From an uncultured Acidobacteriota bacterium (GTDB lineage Bacteria; Acidobacteriota; Thermoanaerobaculia; Gp7-AA8): a stretch of 64,000 bases of DNA. The DNA lies in the NCBI GenBank assembly GCA_963741955.1, contig CAVUKB010000007.1:32001-96000 (forward strand). Reading direction: 5' to 3'. Below are positions 41,993 to 52,573 of the stretch, piece after piece. A program made the position numbers and the translations under genes. Each line of letters starts with the position of its first letter. Position 1 is the stretch's first letter. The notes below the pieces were generated by a model. The model ran no database searches, was not told where the DNA came from, and worked only from the letters and a program-made list of their open reading frames with translations.

Positions 41993-42640
41993 ATGAGCGG
42001 AGTCGAGCGTCGAGCGTTTCAGCGGCTTCTCCTCGAGCAGCCCGTCGGAGGAAGCTTCTCCGGACAAGGTGTTCAGATCCTCGAGATCGGGGTGATCGGT
42101 GCGTTGATCTCCAATCACGTTCCCTTCGACCGGGGAGCTCAGTCCACTCTCGGATTCGAATGGAAAGACGAACGGATCTCGCTCGAAGCCGCGGTCGTGC
42201 GCACCGAGTGCCACAGCTCCCCGGGAATGCCGGTGATGATGTACCAGACCGCGCTGCGATTCGTTCGTGCGATCGGAAACTCCGATCGCGCATTGCGTGA
42301 CATGCTCACCTGCCAGGTCCGGCAGCTGCTGACCGAATATCACTGCGCGGAGGAGAGAGTCCCGATCCGCGAAAACTTCGACGCCGACGAGACGATGAAG
42401 ATCCGGGAGGGATTCGTCACGTACTACCTCTCGGAGGGCGAGTGGCACCGGCGTCCGACTCTCCTTCCGGACCAGCCGGTCGCCGGCTTCACCGTCGCCT
42501 CCGATGAAGACCCTTCCGAAGTATCGCAACTGCGACGCTTCTACGAAGAAGCGGACAACGAGGGGATGCACCTGATCCGGCTGTTCGCTGAGCTGAGCGT
42601 CTGCCGGGCCGCGGGCATCCCCTTCAGAAATCCGCAGTGA
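41993..42640 (+). CDS. PilZ-like domain protein
   Basis: ERRAFQR (RxxxR) and degenerate EIGVIG motif. Confidence 0.6.
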   Translation: MSGVERRAFQRLLLEQPVGGSFSGQGVQILEIGVIGALISNHVPFDRGAQSTLGFEWKDERISLEAAVVRTECHSSPGMPVMMYQTALRFVRAIGNSDRALRDMLTCQVRQLLTEYHCAEERVPIRENFDADETMKIREGFVTYYLSEGEWHRRPTLLPDQPVAGFTVASDEDPSEVSQLRRFYEEADNEGMHLIRLFAELSVCRAAGIPFRNPQ

Positions 42641-42658
42641 CCGATTCGCGGACGACGA

Positions 42659-43003
42659 TCAGGCGGTCGCCACATCCGGGGCGTGACCACTGATCAGCCG
42701 CACCAGGTGTTCTTCGGGAACCAGTCCTACGATCCGCTCGGCAACTTCTCCGTTCTTGAATAAAATGACCGTCGGAATCCCCTGAATGCCGAATTTCTGC
42801 GCGGTCGCCGGGTTGTCATCCACGTTCAGCTTCGCGACCTGCACCCGTCCGGCGAAGCGATCGGCGAGAGAGTCGACGACCGGACCGAGCACGCGGCAGG
42901 GGCCGCACCAGGGGGCCCAGAAGTCGACCAGAACCGGAGTCTCGGACCGAAGTACATCCTGCTCGAAAGTTGCATCGCTGGTGTGGTTCACGTGATTGCT
43001 CAT
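42659..43003 (-). CDS. trxA: Thioredoxin
   Basis: DFWAPWCGPC, GIPT; AGGAG RBS. Confidence 0.96.
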   Translation of the reverse strand: MSNHVNHTSDATFEQDVLRSETPVLVDFWAPWCGPCRVLGPVVDSLADRFAGRVQVAKLNVDDNPATAQKFGIQGIPTVILFKNGEVAERIVGLVPEEHLVRLISGHAPDVATA

Positions 43004-43035
43004 CTCAACTCCTTCCGAGGCGTCCGCCTCTTCAC

Positions 43036-43057
43036 TTGTTCGTCAATCGTCGAACAA
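43036..43057. promoter_or_regulatory. Candidate ArsR-family operator
   Basis: TTGTTCG-N8-CGAACAA inverted repeat between divergent trxA and arsR-like genes. Confidence 0.55.
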
Positions 43058-43121
43058 AGCCGCGGAAGGGTTTATTCTTGACCTCGAGCGGACGCCGTAG
43101 CTCGGAGTCCCTGATGAATCC

Positions 43122-43442
43122 ATGAAGACGCTCTACCATCCGGACCGTGAGGCGATCGAGCTTCCGGCGGTCCTCTACGCCCTCTCCGACCCGGTGCGGC
43201 TGGAGATCGCGCGGCGCCTCTGGAACCAGAAGGAGCTCTCCTGCGGCGCGTTCGAGCTTCCGGTGGCGAAATCGACCGCCTCTCACCACTTCAAGGTGCT
43301 GAGAGAGGCAGGGGTGATCCGGGTGCGACAGGAAGGGACGTCGCGGTTCGTCTCGCTCCGGCGCGATGATCTCGATGCGCTTTTCGAGGGGCTTCTGCCG
43401 TCCATCCTCCGCTCTCTCGGAACCAAGAAAAAGGAACTATGA
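43122..43442 (+). CDS. ArsR/SmtB-family transcriptional regulator
   Basis: ALSDPVRLEI, KSTASHHFKVLREAG. Confidence 0.9.
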   Translation: MKTLYHPDREAIELPAVLYALSDPVRLEIARRLWNQKELSCGAFELPVAKSTASHHFKVLREAGVIRVRQEGTSRFVSLRRDDLDALFEGLLPSILRSLGTKKKEL

Positions 43443-43452
43443 TCCTCCGGAC

Positions 43453-43788
43453 ATGAAACCGAAGTTCATCGACGTGATGGGAAGTGAACTCGCGCTGGTC
43501 TGGGAAGACGGGCACGAGTCGTACTTCCCGCTCGACTATCTCAGAAAGCGCTGCCCGTGCGCGTACTGCGCGGGCGAGCCCGACCTGTTCGGCAATGTGA
43601 GCAAGCCGCCGGAGGAGCCTCTGACGCCGCTCTCGTTCCAGCTCAGCGGAATCGAACGGGTCGGGAATTACGGACTTCAGCTCAACTGGGCCGACCGGCA
43701 CCAGTGGGGCATCTGGACGTTCGAGCGCCTCCGCTCTCTCTGTCCCTGTGAGGCCTGCCGGAGTCGTTCCGAGGGAGAAGACAGATGA
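43453..43788 (+). CDS. DUF971 / GBBH-like N-terminal domain protein
   Basis: WEDGHES...LRKRCPCAYC, VGNYGLQLNWAD.H..GIW. Confidence 0.85.
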   Translation: MKPKFIDVMGSELALVWEDGHESYFPLDYLRKRCPCAYCAGEPDLFGNVSKPPEEPLTPLSFQLSGIERVGNYGLQLNWADRHQWGIWTFERLRSLCPCEACRSRSEGEDR

Positions 43789-44759
43789 ATGCACCCGAAG
43801 CGCGCCGCGAACTCTACCCGGTCATCGAGCCGTACCTGACCGGAAGGCTCCGCGTGTCGCCGATCCACGAGCTCTACTACGAAGAGTGCGGAAATCCCGA
43901 AGGAATCCCGGCGGTATTCCTCCACGGCGGTCCTGGTGGAGGTCTGACCCCCGACTACCGCCGCTACTTCGATCCGGCCAGGTACCGGCTGGTCCTCTTC
44001 GATCAGCGGGGATCCGGACGGAGTACCCCGCACGCCGAGCTGCGCGAGAACACCACCTGGGATCTGGTCGCCGACATCGAGCGTCTGCGTGAGCACGTCG
44101 GAGTCGACGCGTGGCTCGTCTTCGGCGGTTCATGGGGAAGCACCCTCTCTCTCGCGTACGCCGAGACGCATCCGGAGCGCACGACGGCCCTGGTGCTGCG
44201 CGGCATTTTTCTCTGCCGGCCGAGAGAGATCGCCTGGTTCTACCAGGAAGGTGCCGACGCGATCTATCCGGACGTCTGGGACGCTTTCGTGAACGTCATT
44301 CCTCCGGAGGAACGGGGCGACATGGTCAAGGCGTACCATCGCCGGCTGACGAGCGACGATGAAAAGACTCGTCTCGACGCCGCAAAAGCGTGGAGCATCT
44401 GGGAAGGGAGCACTTCGAAGCTCCGTCCCGACGCGAATCTGATCGATGAATTCGGCGAGCCGCAGATGGCACTCTCCCTCGCGCGTATCGAGTGCCACTA
44501 CTTCACCAACAACGTGTTCTTTCCCACCGACAACTACCTGATCGAGAATGTCGGCAGGATCCGCAAGATCCCCGGAGTGATCGTTCAGGGCCGGTACGAC
44601 GTCGTCTGTCCTGCGATGAGTGCGTGGGAGCTCCACCGCGCGTGGCCCGAAGCGAAGCTCGAGATCATTCCGGATGCAGGACACTCGATCACCGAACCGG
44701 GAATCATCGACGCTCTGGTCCGCGCCACGGATCACTTCCGGGACGTCCTCGGAGACTGA
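43785..44759 (+). CDS. pip: Proline iminopeptidase
   Basis: HGGPGG, DQRGSGRSTP, GGSWGS, LRGIF, GRYD, AGHS. Confidence 0.95.
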   Translation: MNAPEARRELYPVIEPYLTGRLRVSPIHELYYEECGNPEGIPAVFLHGGPGGGLTPDYRRYFDPARYRLVLFDQRGSGRSTPHAELRENTTWDLVADIERLREHVGVDAWLVFGGSWGSTLSLAYAETHPERTTALVLRGIFLCRPREIAWFYQEGADAIYPDVWDAFVNVIPPEERGDMVKAYHRRLTSDDEKTRLDAAKAWSIWEGSTSKLRPDANLIDEFGEPQMALSLARIECHYFTNNVFFPTDNYLIENVGRIRKIPGVIVQGRYDVVCPAMSAWELHRAWPEAKLEIIPDAGHSITEPGIIDALVRATDHFRDVLGD

Positions 44760-44830
44760 CGCCGGGACGAGAAATCCTCTTGCACAGGCGGCGATTCTGG
44801 CGCATTCTCATCACCATCAGGGAGGATTCG

Positions 44831-45445
44831 ATGAAGACCATGCTGACCCGTGCGGTCGTGCTCTGTGCCCTCTTTACGCTCGCGCTTCCTCTTCTCGCTC
44901 GAGGCCGGAAAGCCGGACCGACCGAGCCGGGAACCTACAAGGACTGGGGGGGTGAGGTCGACCAGCTGGTCATCGAGAGCCCGTTCCACCTTTCCGACTA
45001 CCAGTTCGTGCGGGTCGAGGAGTTCGACACCAGCGAGACCCCTCTACCGGAAGAAAAGGACAACACGTATGCTCCGGTGAAGAAGGTTCTCGCGGACGTC
45101 TCCACTCCCTTCGTGAAGGGGCTGGAACAGGAGCTCGGTGACCGCCTGAAGATCGACTCCTCGACCGGAGAGCCGGGAGCGGGAACGATCGTGATCCGCG
45201 GAAAGATCGAGACGATGGATCCGGGATCCAAGGCTGCGCGCTACTGGGCCGGATTCGGCGCCGGAGCGGCGCGGACCAGGATCGTCGGCGAAGCGATCGA
45301 CGCTTCGAGCGGCAAAGTTCTCTTCCACTTTACCCAGGAACGACGATCAGGCGTCGGAATGATGGGCGGTGACTACGTCGGTCTGATGGACCGCAACCTA
45401 TCCGCCATCGGGAAAGACGTCGCCGGCGTTCTGAAGGCATTCTGA
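44831..45445 (+). CDS. Secreted DUF4410-like protein
   Basis: GGAGG RBS, signal peptide, DPGSKAARYWAGFGAG. Confidence 0.78.
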   Translation: MKTMLTRAVVLCALFTLALPLLARGRKAGPTEPGTYKDWGGEVDQLVIESPFHLSDYQFVRVEEFDTSETPLPEEKDNTYAPVKKVLADVSTPFVKGLEQELGDRLKIDSSTGEPGAGTIVIRGKIETMDPGSKAARYWAGFGAGAARTRIVGEAIDASSGKVLFHFTQERRSGVGMMGGDYVGLMDRNLSAIGKDVAGVLKAF

Positions 45446-45526
45446 CCCTTCGGCATCGAGCCCGGATTGCGCTTCGCAGCAGAAGGTCCGTGACCAGGCC
45501 GGGCTTCGAGTCCCGGCCTCGACCCG

Positions 45527-46114
45527 TCAGTCGTGGATGACCATCGTGACCGGCTGGTCGAGGTAGATCACCCTGGTCGATCTGCTGTGGAAGATCCGCC
45601 GGTACCACGGTTCCGGTCGCGGTTCTCCTCCGTGATCCATCAGGTACTTTGCGACTTCCGCGGCCTCCTTCGGAACCATCCGGATGCAGCCGTGTGACGC
45701 TGCCTCGCCGATCGAATCAGGATCGTTCGTGCCGTGGATGTAGTAGTCCGGCTCCTGAAAGAAGATCTTCACCATCTTCATCGGATTGTCGGGATCTCCA
45801 GGCTTCTTCGCCTCGGCGTTCTTCGCCCACGCTGCGTCGGGTGGTGGAACCCAGCCGGGATTCCAGATGATCTTCCGCACATTGAACTCACCGGTCGGGG
45901 TCGGATGACCGTCTTTCCCGACTGCAACACCGTAAGTGGAGACGACATCGGATCCCAGGTGAACCTCCAGCTGCTTCTTCGACAGGCTCACTTCGATCCA
46001 CGGAAGGTCACTCGAAGTTTCGTTCGTATTGCGCGCGAATGCGCTCGTCGCGGCGACGAGCATCAGTATGGCCGCGAGAGTTGCGAGTACAGGTCTCCTC
46101 CAGGGAGGGGTCAT
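45527..46114 (-). CDS. L,D-transpeptidase (YkuD family)
   Basis: VAVGK, TPTGEF, YYIHGT, SHGCIRM; signal peptide. Confidence 0.92.
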   Translation of the reverse strand: MTPPWRRPVLATLAAILMLVAATSAFARNTNETSSDLPWIEVSLSKKQLEVHLGSDVVSTYGVAVGKDGHPTPTGEFNVRKIIWNPGWVPPPDAAWAKNAEAKKPGDPDNPMKMVKIFFQEPDYYIHGTNDPDSIGEAASHGCIRMVPKEAAEVAKYLMDHGGEPRPEPWYRRIFHSRSTRVIYLDQPVTMVIHD

Positions 46115-46296
46115 GTGGGGTTCCTTTCGATCGGTATTGCGGGGCGCGGACTTCGATGGCGGCTCTCGCTCGCCTCCTCTCGGACTGTGCCAGTCGAGGC
46201 GACGGATACGGCGGCGACACTTCCGCCAGGCCGCTCCCACACTCACTCTTTTTGCAATGCGAATACCCATTTTCGAGCCGATCCGACGTTCCGGGA

Positions 46297-47676
46297 TCAA
46301 GGCGTTATCGGGGGCGCGATGGGTTTGATTCCTCGGGCGGAACGCACGAGAAAGCGGGCGAGGAGAAGTGCAGCGACGACCGTCAGACCGGCGCAGAGTC
46401 CCCACCAGAGTCCGACCACTCCCATCTTCCGGTAGAACCCGAAAAAGAGAGCCACCGGAAATCCGACCAGCCAATGCCCGAGGATGTTCGCGACGAACGT
46501 GAATCGGGTCTCGCCCGCACCACGGAGGACGCCCGCGCCGACTCCCTGGATTCCGTCCGAGATCTGAAAGAGCGCGGCGATCCCGAGAAGCGGAATGGCC
46601 GCGGCGATCACTCGCGGCTTGTCGGTGATGAGGAGTGCGAGCCATCCCGGCACGGTGAGAAACACGAGGGCGGAGAGCGACATGAATGCCGCCCCTGACG
46701 CGAATGCGACGATTCCGGCCCGGCGCGTTCCTTCCCGATCTCCGGCCCCGATCGCTCTTCCGACCCGCACCGACCCGGCGGAACCGATTCCCACCGCCAC
46801 CGTGAACGTGAACGCGGCGAGGGTGAGCGTGACCTGGTGTGCGGCCAGCTCGACCTCTCCCAGCGTTCCTGCCAGCACTCCCACCAGCGCGAACACCGCG
46901 ACTTCCGCACCCATGTGCAGCCCGACCGGGAGTCCGATCCGGAACGCGTGGCGGATCTCGGGGCCGTGAATGCGCCGATGCGGAGATCCGTCGCTCTCGA
47001 CCGGGATGCGGCCGATCGCACGCGCGAGCACCCAGACGAACAGAAGACTCCCGAGAACCGACGCGATTGCGGCGCCGCGGATTCCCATCGCCGGCAGGCG
47101 GTGAAGCGCGCCACACCATTCCGGAAGAATCGAACCGCCGAAGACCAGCAGAATGTCTGCGGCGAGGTTGAAGACATTCCCGATCACCATCGCTGCCACG
47201 ATCGGGCGCGTCACCAGGCGCGCCTGGAGGTAGGCCCGGAGGACCATGAAGACGAGCAGCGGGATCAGGCTCGCGATCCGGATCATCAGGTAGGCCGACG
47301 CCGTGTCGATGATCGCCTGGTCGATCCTGAAGGCGCGGAGAAGAAGGGGTGACAATGCGAGAGGGAGTGACATCACACCGCCGATGAAGATCGAGAGCCA
47401 GACTCCCTGCCACATGATCCTTCGAGCGCGGAACGGTTCACCCGCGCCGAGTGCCTGCGCGGCGAGAGGATCGATTCCCATCACCACTCCGGCGGCGAAG
47501 ATGGAGATCGAAAAGAAGAGCGCATTCGCGATCCCGATCGCACCGAGCTGCGTTGCGCCGAGCCGGCCGACCACTGCGGTGTCGACCACTCCCATCGCCT
47601 GCATTCCCGCCTGCGCCGCAGCGAGTGGAATGGCGAGCTCCCACAACCTCCTCAGCTCGCGTCCGTATGCTTCCAT
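46297..47676 (-). CDS. MATE family efflux transporter
   Basis: LAIP, DTAVVGRLG, AAHQV, FQISDGIQGV..GVLRGAG, GLWWGL. Confidence 0.92.
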   Translation of the reverse strand: MEAYGRELRRLWELAIPLAAAQAGMQAMGVVDTAVVGRLGATQLGAIGIANALFFSISIFAAGVVMGIDPLAAQALGAGEPFRARRIMWQGVWLSIFIGGVMSLPLALSPLLLRAFRIDQAIIDTASAYLMIRIASLIPLLVFMVLRAYLQARLVTRPIVAAMVIGNVFNLAADILLVFGGSILPEWCGALHRLPAMGIRGAAIASVLGSLLFVWVLARAIGRIPVESDGSPHRRIHGPEIRHAFRIGLPVGLHMGAEVAVFALVGVLAGTLGEVELAAHQVTLTLAAFTFTVAVGIGSAGSVRVGRAIGAGDREGTRRAGIVAFASGAAFMSLSALVFLTVPGWLALLITDKPRVIAAAIPLLGIAALFQISDGIQGVGAGVLRGAGETRFTFVANILGHWLVGFPVALFFGFYRKMGVVGLWWGLCAGLTVVAALLLARFLVRSARGIKPIAPPITP

Positions 47677-47817
47677 CGCTTCGGGATTCTAGCCCGGATT
47701 TCCGATCCGCCTGGTCGCACCGAAGCGAGGAGTTCGAAAGCCCTTCAGGCGGAGGAGTGGACCAGTGAGGCGGCTCTCGTCGGACGCCGCGCACGACCGC
47801 GTTCGAGAAGTGTCGGG

Positions 47818-48801
47818 CTACGAATGTCCGAGCACAGGGTGCGGCAGGTACGGTTCTTCCAGCGCGGCAATCTCCTCTGACGAGAGCGAGAGGTCGACTG
47901 CGCATATCGCCTGTTTCAGGTGCTCCATCTTCGACGCTCCGATGATCGGCGCCGTCACTCCCGGCTTGTGGAGGATCCACGCGAGCGCCACCTGGGCCGG
48001 AGTGACTTCGCGTGCGGTCGCGATCTCCTTCACCCGGTCGACCACTGCGAAATCGGCGTCCTGGTAATACATGGAATGGGCGAAGGTATCCGTACGGGCG
48101 CGTTCCGTGGTTCCCTCACTGCTCCGGCTCCGGTTGCCCGCAAGAAACCCGCGGGCGAGAGGACTCCACGGAATCACTCCGATCCCCTGATCCTCACAGA
48201 GCGGAATCATCTCCCGCTCTTCTTCCCGATAGATCAGATTGTAGTGGTTCTGCATCGACACGAACTTCGTCCAGCCGTGACGCTCGGATGTGGCGAGCAT
48301 CTTCGCGAACTGCCACGCATACATGCTCGACGCTCCGATGTAACGTGCCTTTCCGCTCTTCACCACGTCGTGGAGAGCTTCGAGAGTCTCTTCGATCGGA
48401 GTGTCGTAATCGAAGCGATGGATCTGGTAGAGATCGACGTAGTCGGTGCCGAGTCGCCGCAGCGAATTGTCGATCGCATGAAAGAGGTGCTTACGCGAGA
48501 GTCCGTGATCGTTCGGAGCATCGGTCAGCGGGAAGTAGACCTTCGTTGCGATCACCACCCGGTCACGGTTGCCCAGATCGCGGAGCGCGCGGCCGAGAAC
48601 CTCTTCGCTCTTTCCGATCGAATACATGTCTGCGGTATCGAAGAAGTTGATCCCCCCCTCGAACGCCTCGCGTATGAACGGTCGCGACTCTTCCTCGTCC
48701 AGAACCCAGCTGCGCCACTGGCTCGATCCGTAGGTCATCGCTCCGAGGCAGATCTTCGACACTTCCAGGCCGGTACGACCGAGTTTCACGTACTGCATCA
48801 C
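47818..48801 (-). CDS. Aldo/keto reductase
   Basis: FFDTADMY, IATK, DLYQIHR, PWSPLARG. Confidence 0.94.
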   Translation of the reverse strand: MMQYVKLGRTGLEVSKICLGAMTYGSSQWRSWVLDEEESRPFIREAFEGGINFFDTADMYSIGKSEEVLGRALRDLGNRDRVVIATKVYFPLTDAPNDHGLSRKHLFHAIDNSLRRLGTDYVDLYQIHRFDYDTPIEETLEALHDVVKSGKARYIGASSMYAWQFAKMLATSERHGWTKFVSMQNHYNLIYREEEREMIPLCEDQGIGVIPWSPLARGFLAGNRSRSSEGTTERARTDTFAHSMYYQDADFAVVDRVKEIATAREVTPAQVALAWILHKPGVTAPIIGASKMEHLKQAICAVDLSLSSEEIAALEEPYLPHPVLGHS

Positions 48802-49347
48802 TCAGACTCCTTTCCGCGGAGGGAGCGATTCAGCGGAATCCCCTCGCTCCGCCGGAGGTGAGAGGAGCGCATGAAGCAGGAGCAGAATCACTCCGGTCAT
48901 GATTGCCGTGTCTGCGAGATTGAACGTCCACCAGTGAAAATAGCGGTGCGAGGTGCGGATGTAGAAGTCGAGAAAATCCGTGACCGAGCCATAGCGGACA
49001 CGATCCGCGATGTTTCCCACCGCTCCCCCCATGATGAGGTGAATTCCGATCTGAAGAGCGAAATCGCGGGGGGGGTTCCGGAGCGAGTAGAACGAGAGAA
49101 AGAGCAGGAGAAGGATTCCCGCCGCCGAGAGAATCACGCGGGTGGTCTCGGGTCCGAGGGAGGAGGCGATCCCGAAGATGATTCCGGAATTTCTCACGTG
49201 GGTGAGTGAGAAGAATCCGGGAATCACTTCCACTCCACGTCCGACGGGGAATCGCTCGATGATCCGGGCTTTTGTGACCAGGTCGGCCGTGACCACGGCC
49301 ACGGCGAGCAAGCCGTACCCGATGCGGAGGATCAAGGAGCGATTCAT
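48802..49347 (-). CDS. lspA: Lipoprotein signal peptidase II
   Basis: DLVTK, NSGIIFG, GAVGNIADR, VTDFLD, FNLAD. Confidence 0.93.
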   Translation of the reverse strand: MNRSLILRIGYGLLAVAVVTADLVTKARIIERFPVGRGVEVIPGFFSLTHVRNSGIIFGIASSLGPETTRVILSAAGILLLLFLSFYSLRNPPRDFALQIGIHLIMGGAVGNIADRVRYGSVTDFLDFYIRTSHRYFHWWTFNLADTAIMTGVILLLLHALLSPPAERGDSAESLPPRKGV

Positions 49348-49385
49348 CGGGGGAGTCTACCATCGGCGAGTGCGCCGAATCGGAG

Positions 49386-51419
49386 TCAGGCGACGTCGAT
49401 CATCGAACGGTTGTGCTGGATGAATTTCTCGAAGAGAACCGGAGCGAGTGGACGACTGAAGAGAAATCCCTGAAGCCGGTCACAGTCGCTTCGCTTGAGG
49501 AAATCGAGCTGACCGAGCGTTTCGACTCCCTCGGCGAGGACCATCAGCTTGAGACTGTGTGCCATGGCGATCACCCCGCTCGCGATCGCTCCATCTTCAG
49601 GCACGGTGATCTCTCGCACGAAGGATTGATCGAGTTTCAGCGTGTCCACCGGGAACTGCCGCAGATAGCTGAGGGACGAGTAACCGGTGCCGAAGTCGTC
49701 GATCGCGATCCGTACTCCGAGCTCCTTCAGCTCCCGGAGAATGCGGATGCTGGCCTGCACGTCCCGCATCGCGCTGCTCTCGGTGATCTCCAGCTCGAGA
49801 TAGCGAGCACGCAATCCGCTCTCCTCGAGTGCTTCGCGGACGTGCTCGATCAGATTCGATTCGTGGAACTGTCGGGCCGAGAGATTCACACAGACGATCA
49901 GATCGAAGCCGAGTTGACGCTGCCATCCGCGGGCCTGCGCGCACGCCTCCTTCAAGACCCACTTTCCGATCGGTACGATCAGACCGGTGCTCTCCGCCGT
50001 GGAAATGAACGACTCGGGAAGCAGCAGGCCACGGGTGGGATGTTGCCATCGGAGGAGGGCTTCCAGGCCGAATACGCGTCCCGACGCGAGGTCGATCAGC
50101 GGCTGGTAGTGAAGCGAGAATTCGCCGCGACCGAGTGCGCGACGGAGATCGTTCTCCAGCTCGAGGAGTTCCAGCGAACGGGCATTCATCGACGGGGTGT
50201 AGAACTGGAAGTTGTCGCGTCCCTGCTCCTTGGCCCGATACATCGCGGTGTCGGCGTTCTTCACCAGGGTCTCGATGTCGTTGCCGTCGTTGGGGAAAAC
50301 GGCGATGCCGATACTGCTGGTGACCACCACCTCCCGCTGGCCTGCCCGGAACGGAAGGGCGAGAGCATCGAGAGTCTTCCGGGCGACTTTTCCGGCATCC
50401 TGGATATTGCCGTTGATCTGGGTGAGGATCACGAACTCGTCTCCGCCGAAGCGGGCCACGGTATCGTCCTGCCGAACGACCTTCCGGATGCGCTCTGCCA
50501 CGGTCTTCAGGAGAGTGTCGCCGACCGAGTGGCCGAGGGAGTCGTTGATGGTCTTGAACCGATCGAGGTCGAAAAAGAGGATCGCGAGGCGGTGACCGTG
50601 CCGGGTGGCGTGAGCCATCGCGACGATCAGACGATCGAAGAAGAGCGCGCGGTTCGGGAGCCCGGTCAGGAGGTCGTGATACGCGATGTGCTCGACCTGA
50701 GATGCGGCGAGTACGGCGGCTTCCCTCTCGTCCTCCAGGAGCGAGATGGTGATGCCGAGAGCGATCGCTCCCTGGAACACCAGATCGGTGATTCCGAACC
50801 GGATCGAGAGGGCGAGATTGCCTCCCTCGATCGCGTCGTGGAGAAAGACGCCCGACTGGGCGATCTGCACGGCGCCCCAGATGAGAAGTGAGATGGAGAA
50901 GAGAGCGAAAGGCGTGCTCTCTCCACGGTGGCGGCTGCGCCAGATCCACCACCCTCCGAGACCAGCAGCCGCGCCGGCGAGAAACGAGTGAATGCCGAGC
51001 TGAAAGAATGTCTGCATCGCCGCATCCTGGCGTGCACCGAGAGTGACCAATGCATTGACGGCTCCTGCCGCCGACAGGAGGATGATGATCCTGCGCGTTT
51101 CCAGTCGCGTCACGGGCCGGAATCGGGCGAGATCGCGACAGGCGAAGACGAGCCATCCGAGCTGGAGGAACCCGGCGATGGATGCGCCGAGTCCGGATAG
51201 AAAACGGAACGGATGTGCAGGGGCGTAGCCGGGGGCGAGAAGAAGCCAGACCGTGGTCAGGAGGGCGAAGCCGAGAAGGGCGGCGGAACTGTAGAGCCAG
51301 TGAAGGAGATACGGCTTGGAATGCCGCCTTCTCAGCGCGAGAACGAGCAGAACCACCGCCAGGGCTCCGGCGGCATCCAATCCCTGGGTCGCCAGCTCCA
51401 TCAGGCGATCCGGCCCCAT
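49386..51419 (-). CDS. Membrane-bound GGDEF-EAL protein
   Basis: About 7 TM helices, HDLLTGLPNR, RFGGDEF, EALLRW, DDFGTGYSS. Start uncertain (51401-51449). Confidence 0.92.
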   Translation of the reverse strand: MGPDRLMELATQGLDAAGALAVVLLVLALRRRHSKPYLLHWLYSSAALLGFALLTTVWLLLAPGYAPAHPFRFLSGLGASIAGFLQLGWLVFACRDLARFRPVTRLETRRIIILLSAAGAVNALVTLGARQDAAMQTFFQLGIHSFLAGAAAGLGGWWIWRSRHRGESTPFALFSISLLIWGAVQIAQSGVFLHDAIEGGNLALSIRFGITDLVFQGAIALGITISLLEDEREAAVLAASQVEHIAYHDLLTGLPNRALFFDRLIVAMAHATRHGHRLAILFFDLDRFKTINDSLGHSVGDTLLKTVAERIRKVVRQDDTVARFGGDEFVILTQINGNIQDAGKVARKTLDALALPFRAGQREVVVTSSIGIAVFPNDGNDIETLVKNADTAMYRAKEQGRDNFQFYTPSMNARSLELLELENDLRRALGRGEFSLHYQPLIDLASGRVFGLEALLRWQHPTRGLLLPESFISTAESTGLIVPIGKWVLKEACAQARGWQRQLGFDLIVCVNLSARQFHESNLIEHVREALEESGLRARYLELEITESSAMRDVQASIRILRELKELGVRIAIDDFGTGYSSLSYLRQFPVDTLKLDQSFVREITVPEDGAIASGVIAMAHSLKLMVLAEGVETLGQLDFLKRSDCDRLQGFLFSRPLAPVLFEKFIQHNRSMIDVA

Positions 51420-51633
51420 CTCTCCCGCCCGGGCGATCCACGACGGCACCGCCGAGTCGCTCTCGTTTTCATTTCAGAAAACCACCCGTCCCATCCCGAC
51501 ACCAGAGCTGCCTCGCCGCAGCCTGTGCGAGCGCTGCAGGTACGGTCCGTTGGATTGTAGCAATGTCGCTTCGAATTTTCAGATTATTTTTCGAGAGGTA
51601 TTTTCCTTCATTTTGAACCGACTGCCCAAACAG

Positions 51634-51661
51634 AAAAGGCAGGTGCGTACACCTGCCTTTT
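51634..51661 (-). terminator. Rho-independent terminator
   Basis: AAAAGGCAGGTG-CGTA-CACCTGCCTTTT hairpin just downstream of the 51684 gene. Confidence 0.85.
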
Positions 51662-51683
51662 GCGACATCTTCGGGAAAGGATC

Positions 51684-52310
51684 TCAGCTGTTCTGATCTT
51701 TCGCTTTATCGGCCTGCTTCTGCACCGGAGCGGGAGTGGCAGCCGGGGCGGTGGTGTTCGCCTTCGCAGCCGCGGGTGCACTCTCCTTCACCTCGAACGA
51801 CCCGAACGAGTTCGTGATCTCGGGCGCCTGCCGCGTCGACTGATCGAATCCGAGATAGATCAGCTGAAACATCGAATCGTTGGAAATGACCAGATCGGTC
51901 CGGGCGAAGATCGGACGTGGCGAGCTCGCGGAATAGAGAATGCTCCGTCCCGGATGACCCTCGAATTCCTTCTTGCTCTCGTTTTCGAGAGTGGCGTTGA
52001 GGCTCTTGAGAAGAGAATCACGGCCGCTGTCCATCATCGCTTTCGGATCGAGAATTTTTCCGGGCATCTTACTGAGCGAGACGATGAACGCCGAACCGTC
52101 CTTCGCTTTCGAGACCCAGGTGGTCTGTTTGATCGGGCCGTTCGGCGAAGCGACGGTCTGCTCCTGCTTCGCGAACTGGCCGAATCCGGCCGGCAGGGTC
52201 AGCGTGAACTGCGAGTTGTCGACGTGCGGTCCGGTCTCTGCGATCGCCGCGGGAACGACGAGTGCTCCGGTCAGGAGCAACGCCGGAAGGGTTCTGCGAA
52301 ACGGAATCAT
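51684..52310 (-). CDS. Secreted hypothetical protein
   Basis: GGAG RBS, signal peptide, Ala/Pro-rich tail. Confidence 0.8.
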   Translation of the reverse strand: MIPFRRTLPALLLTGALVVPAAIAETGPHVDNSQFTLTLPAGFGQFAKQEQTVASPNGPIKQTTWVSKAKDGSAFIVSLSKMPGKILDPKAMMDSGRDSLLKSLNATLENESKKEFEGHPGRSILYSASSPRPIFARTDLVISNDSMFQLIYLGFDQSTRQAPEITNSFGSFEVKESAPAAAKANTTAPAATPAPVQKQADKAKDQNS

Positions 52311-52573
52311 GATGGGCTCCTCTCCCTCTGTTGATCGAACTTGATTGATTCGAATCGGTGACAACAACCACCGAGACCGGACTTAATCCTCGGGGACGCA
52401 GTTCGCTATTCCCGGCATTTTTCCCGTGTTGCTCCGAAGGCTGCAAAAGCTGTCGCGGAAGGGGTTAGGTCGCACGGGCGCACTTCTCCGGCCGCTTTCC
52501 ATCCGTGACGGGTCACAATCTTCGGTGACTTTGGTCCTCCCTGGCGGGGTCCGGAGAGTTTACCGTATCTTCA

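Noticed and set aside
52380-52560. Riboswitch (Moco, cobalamin or c-di-GMP) in the divergent intergenic region
   Set aside because: Only small hairpins; no consensus motif recognised by eye. An Rfam scan would be needed.
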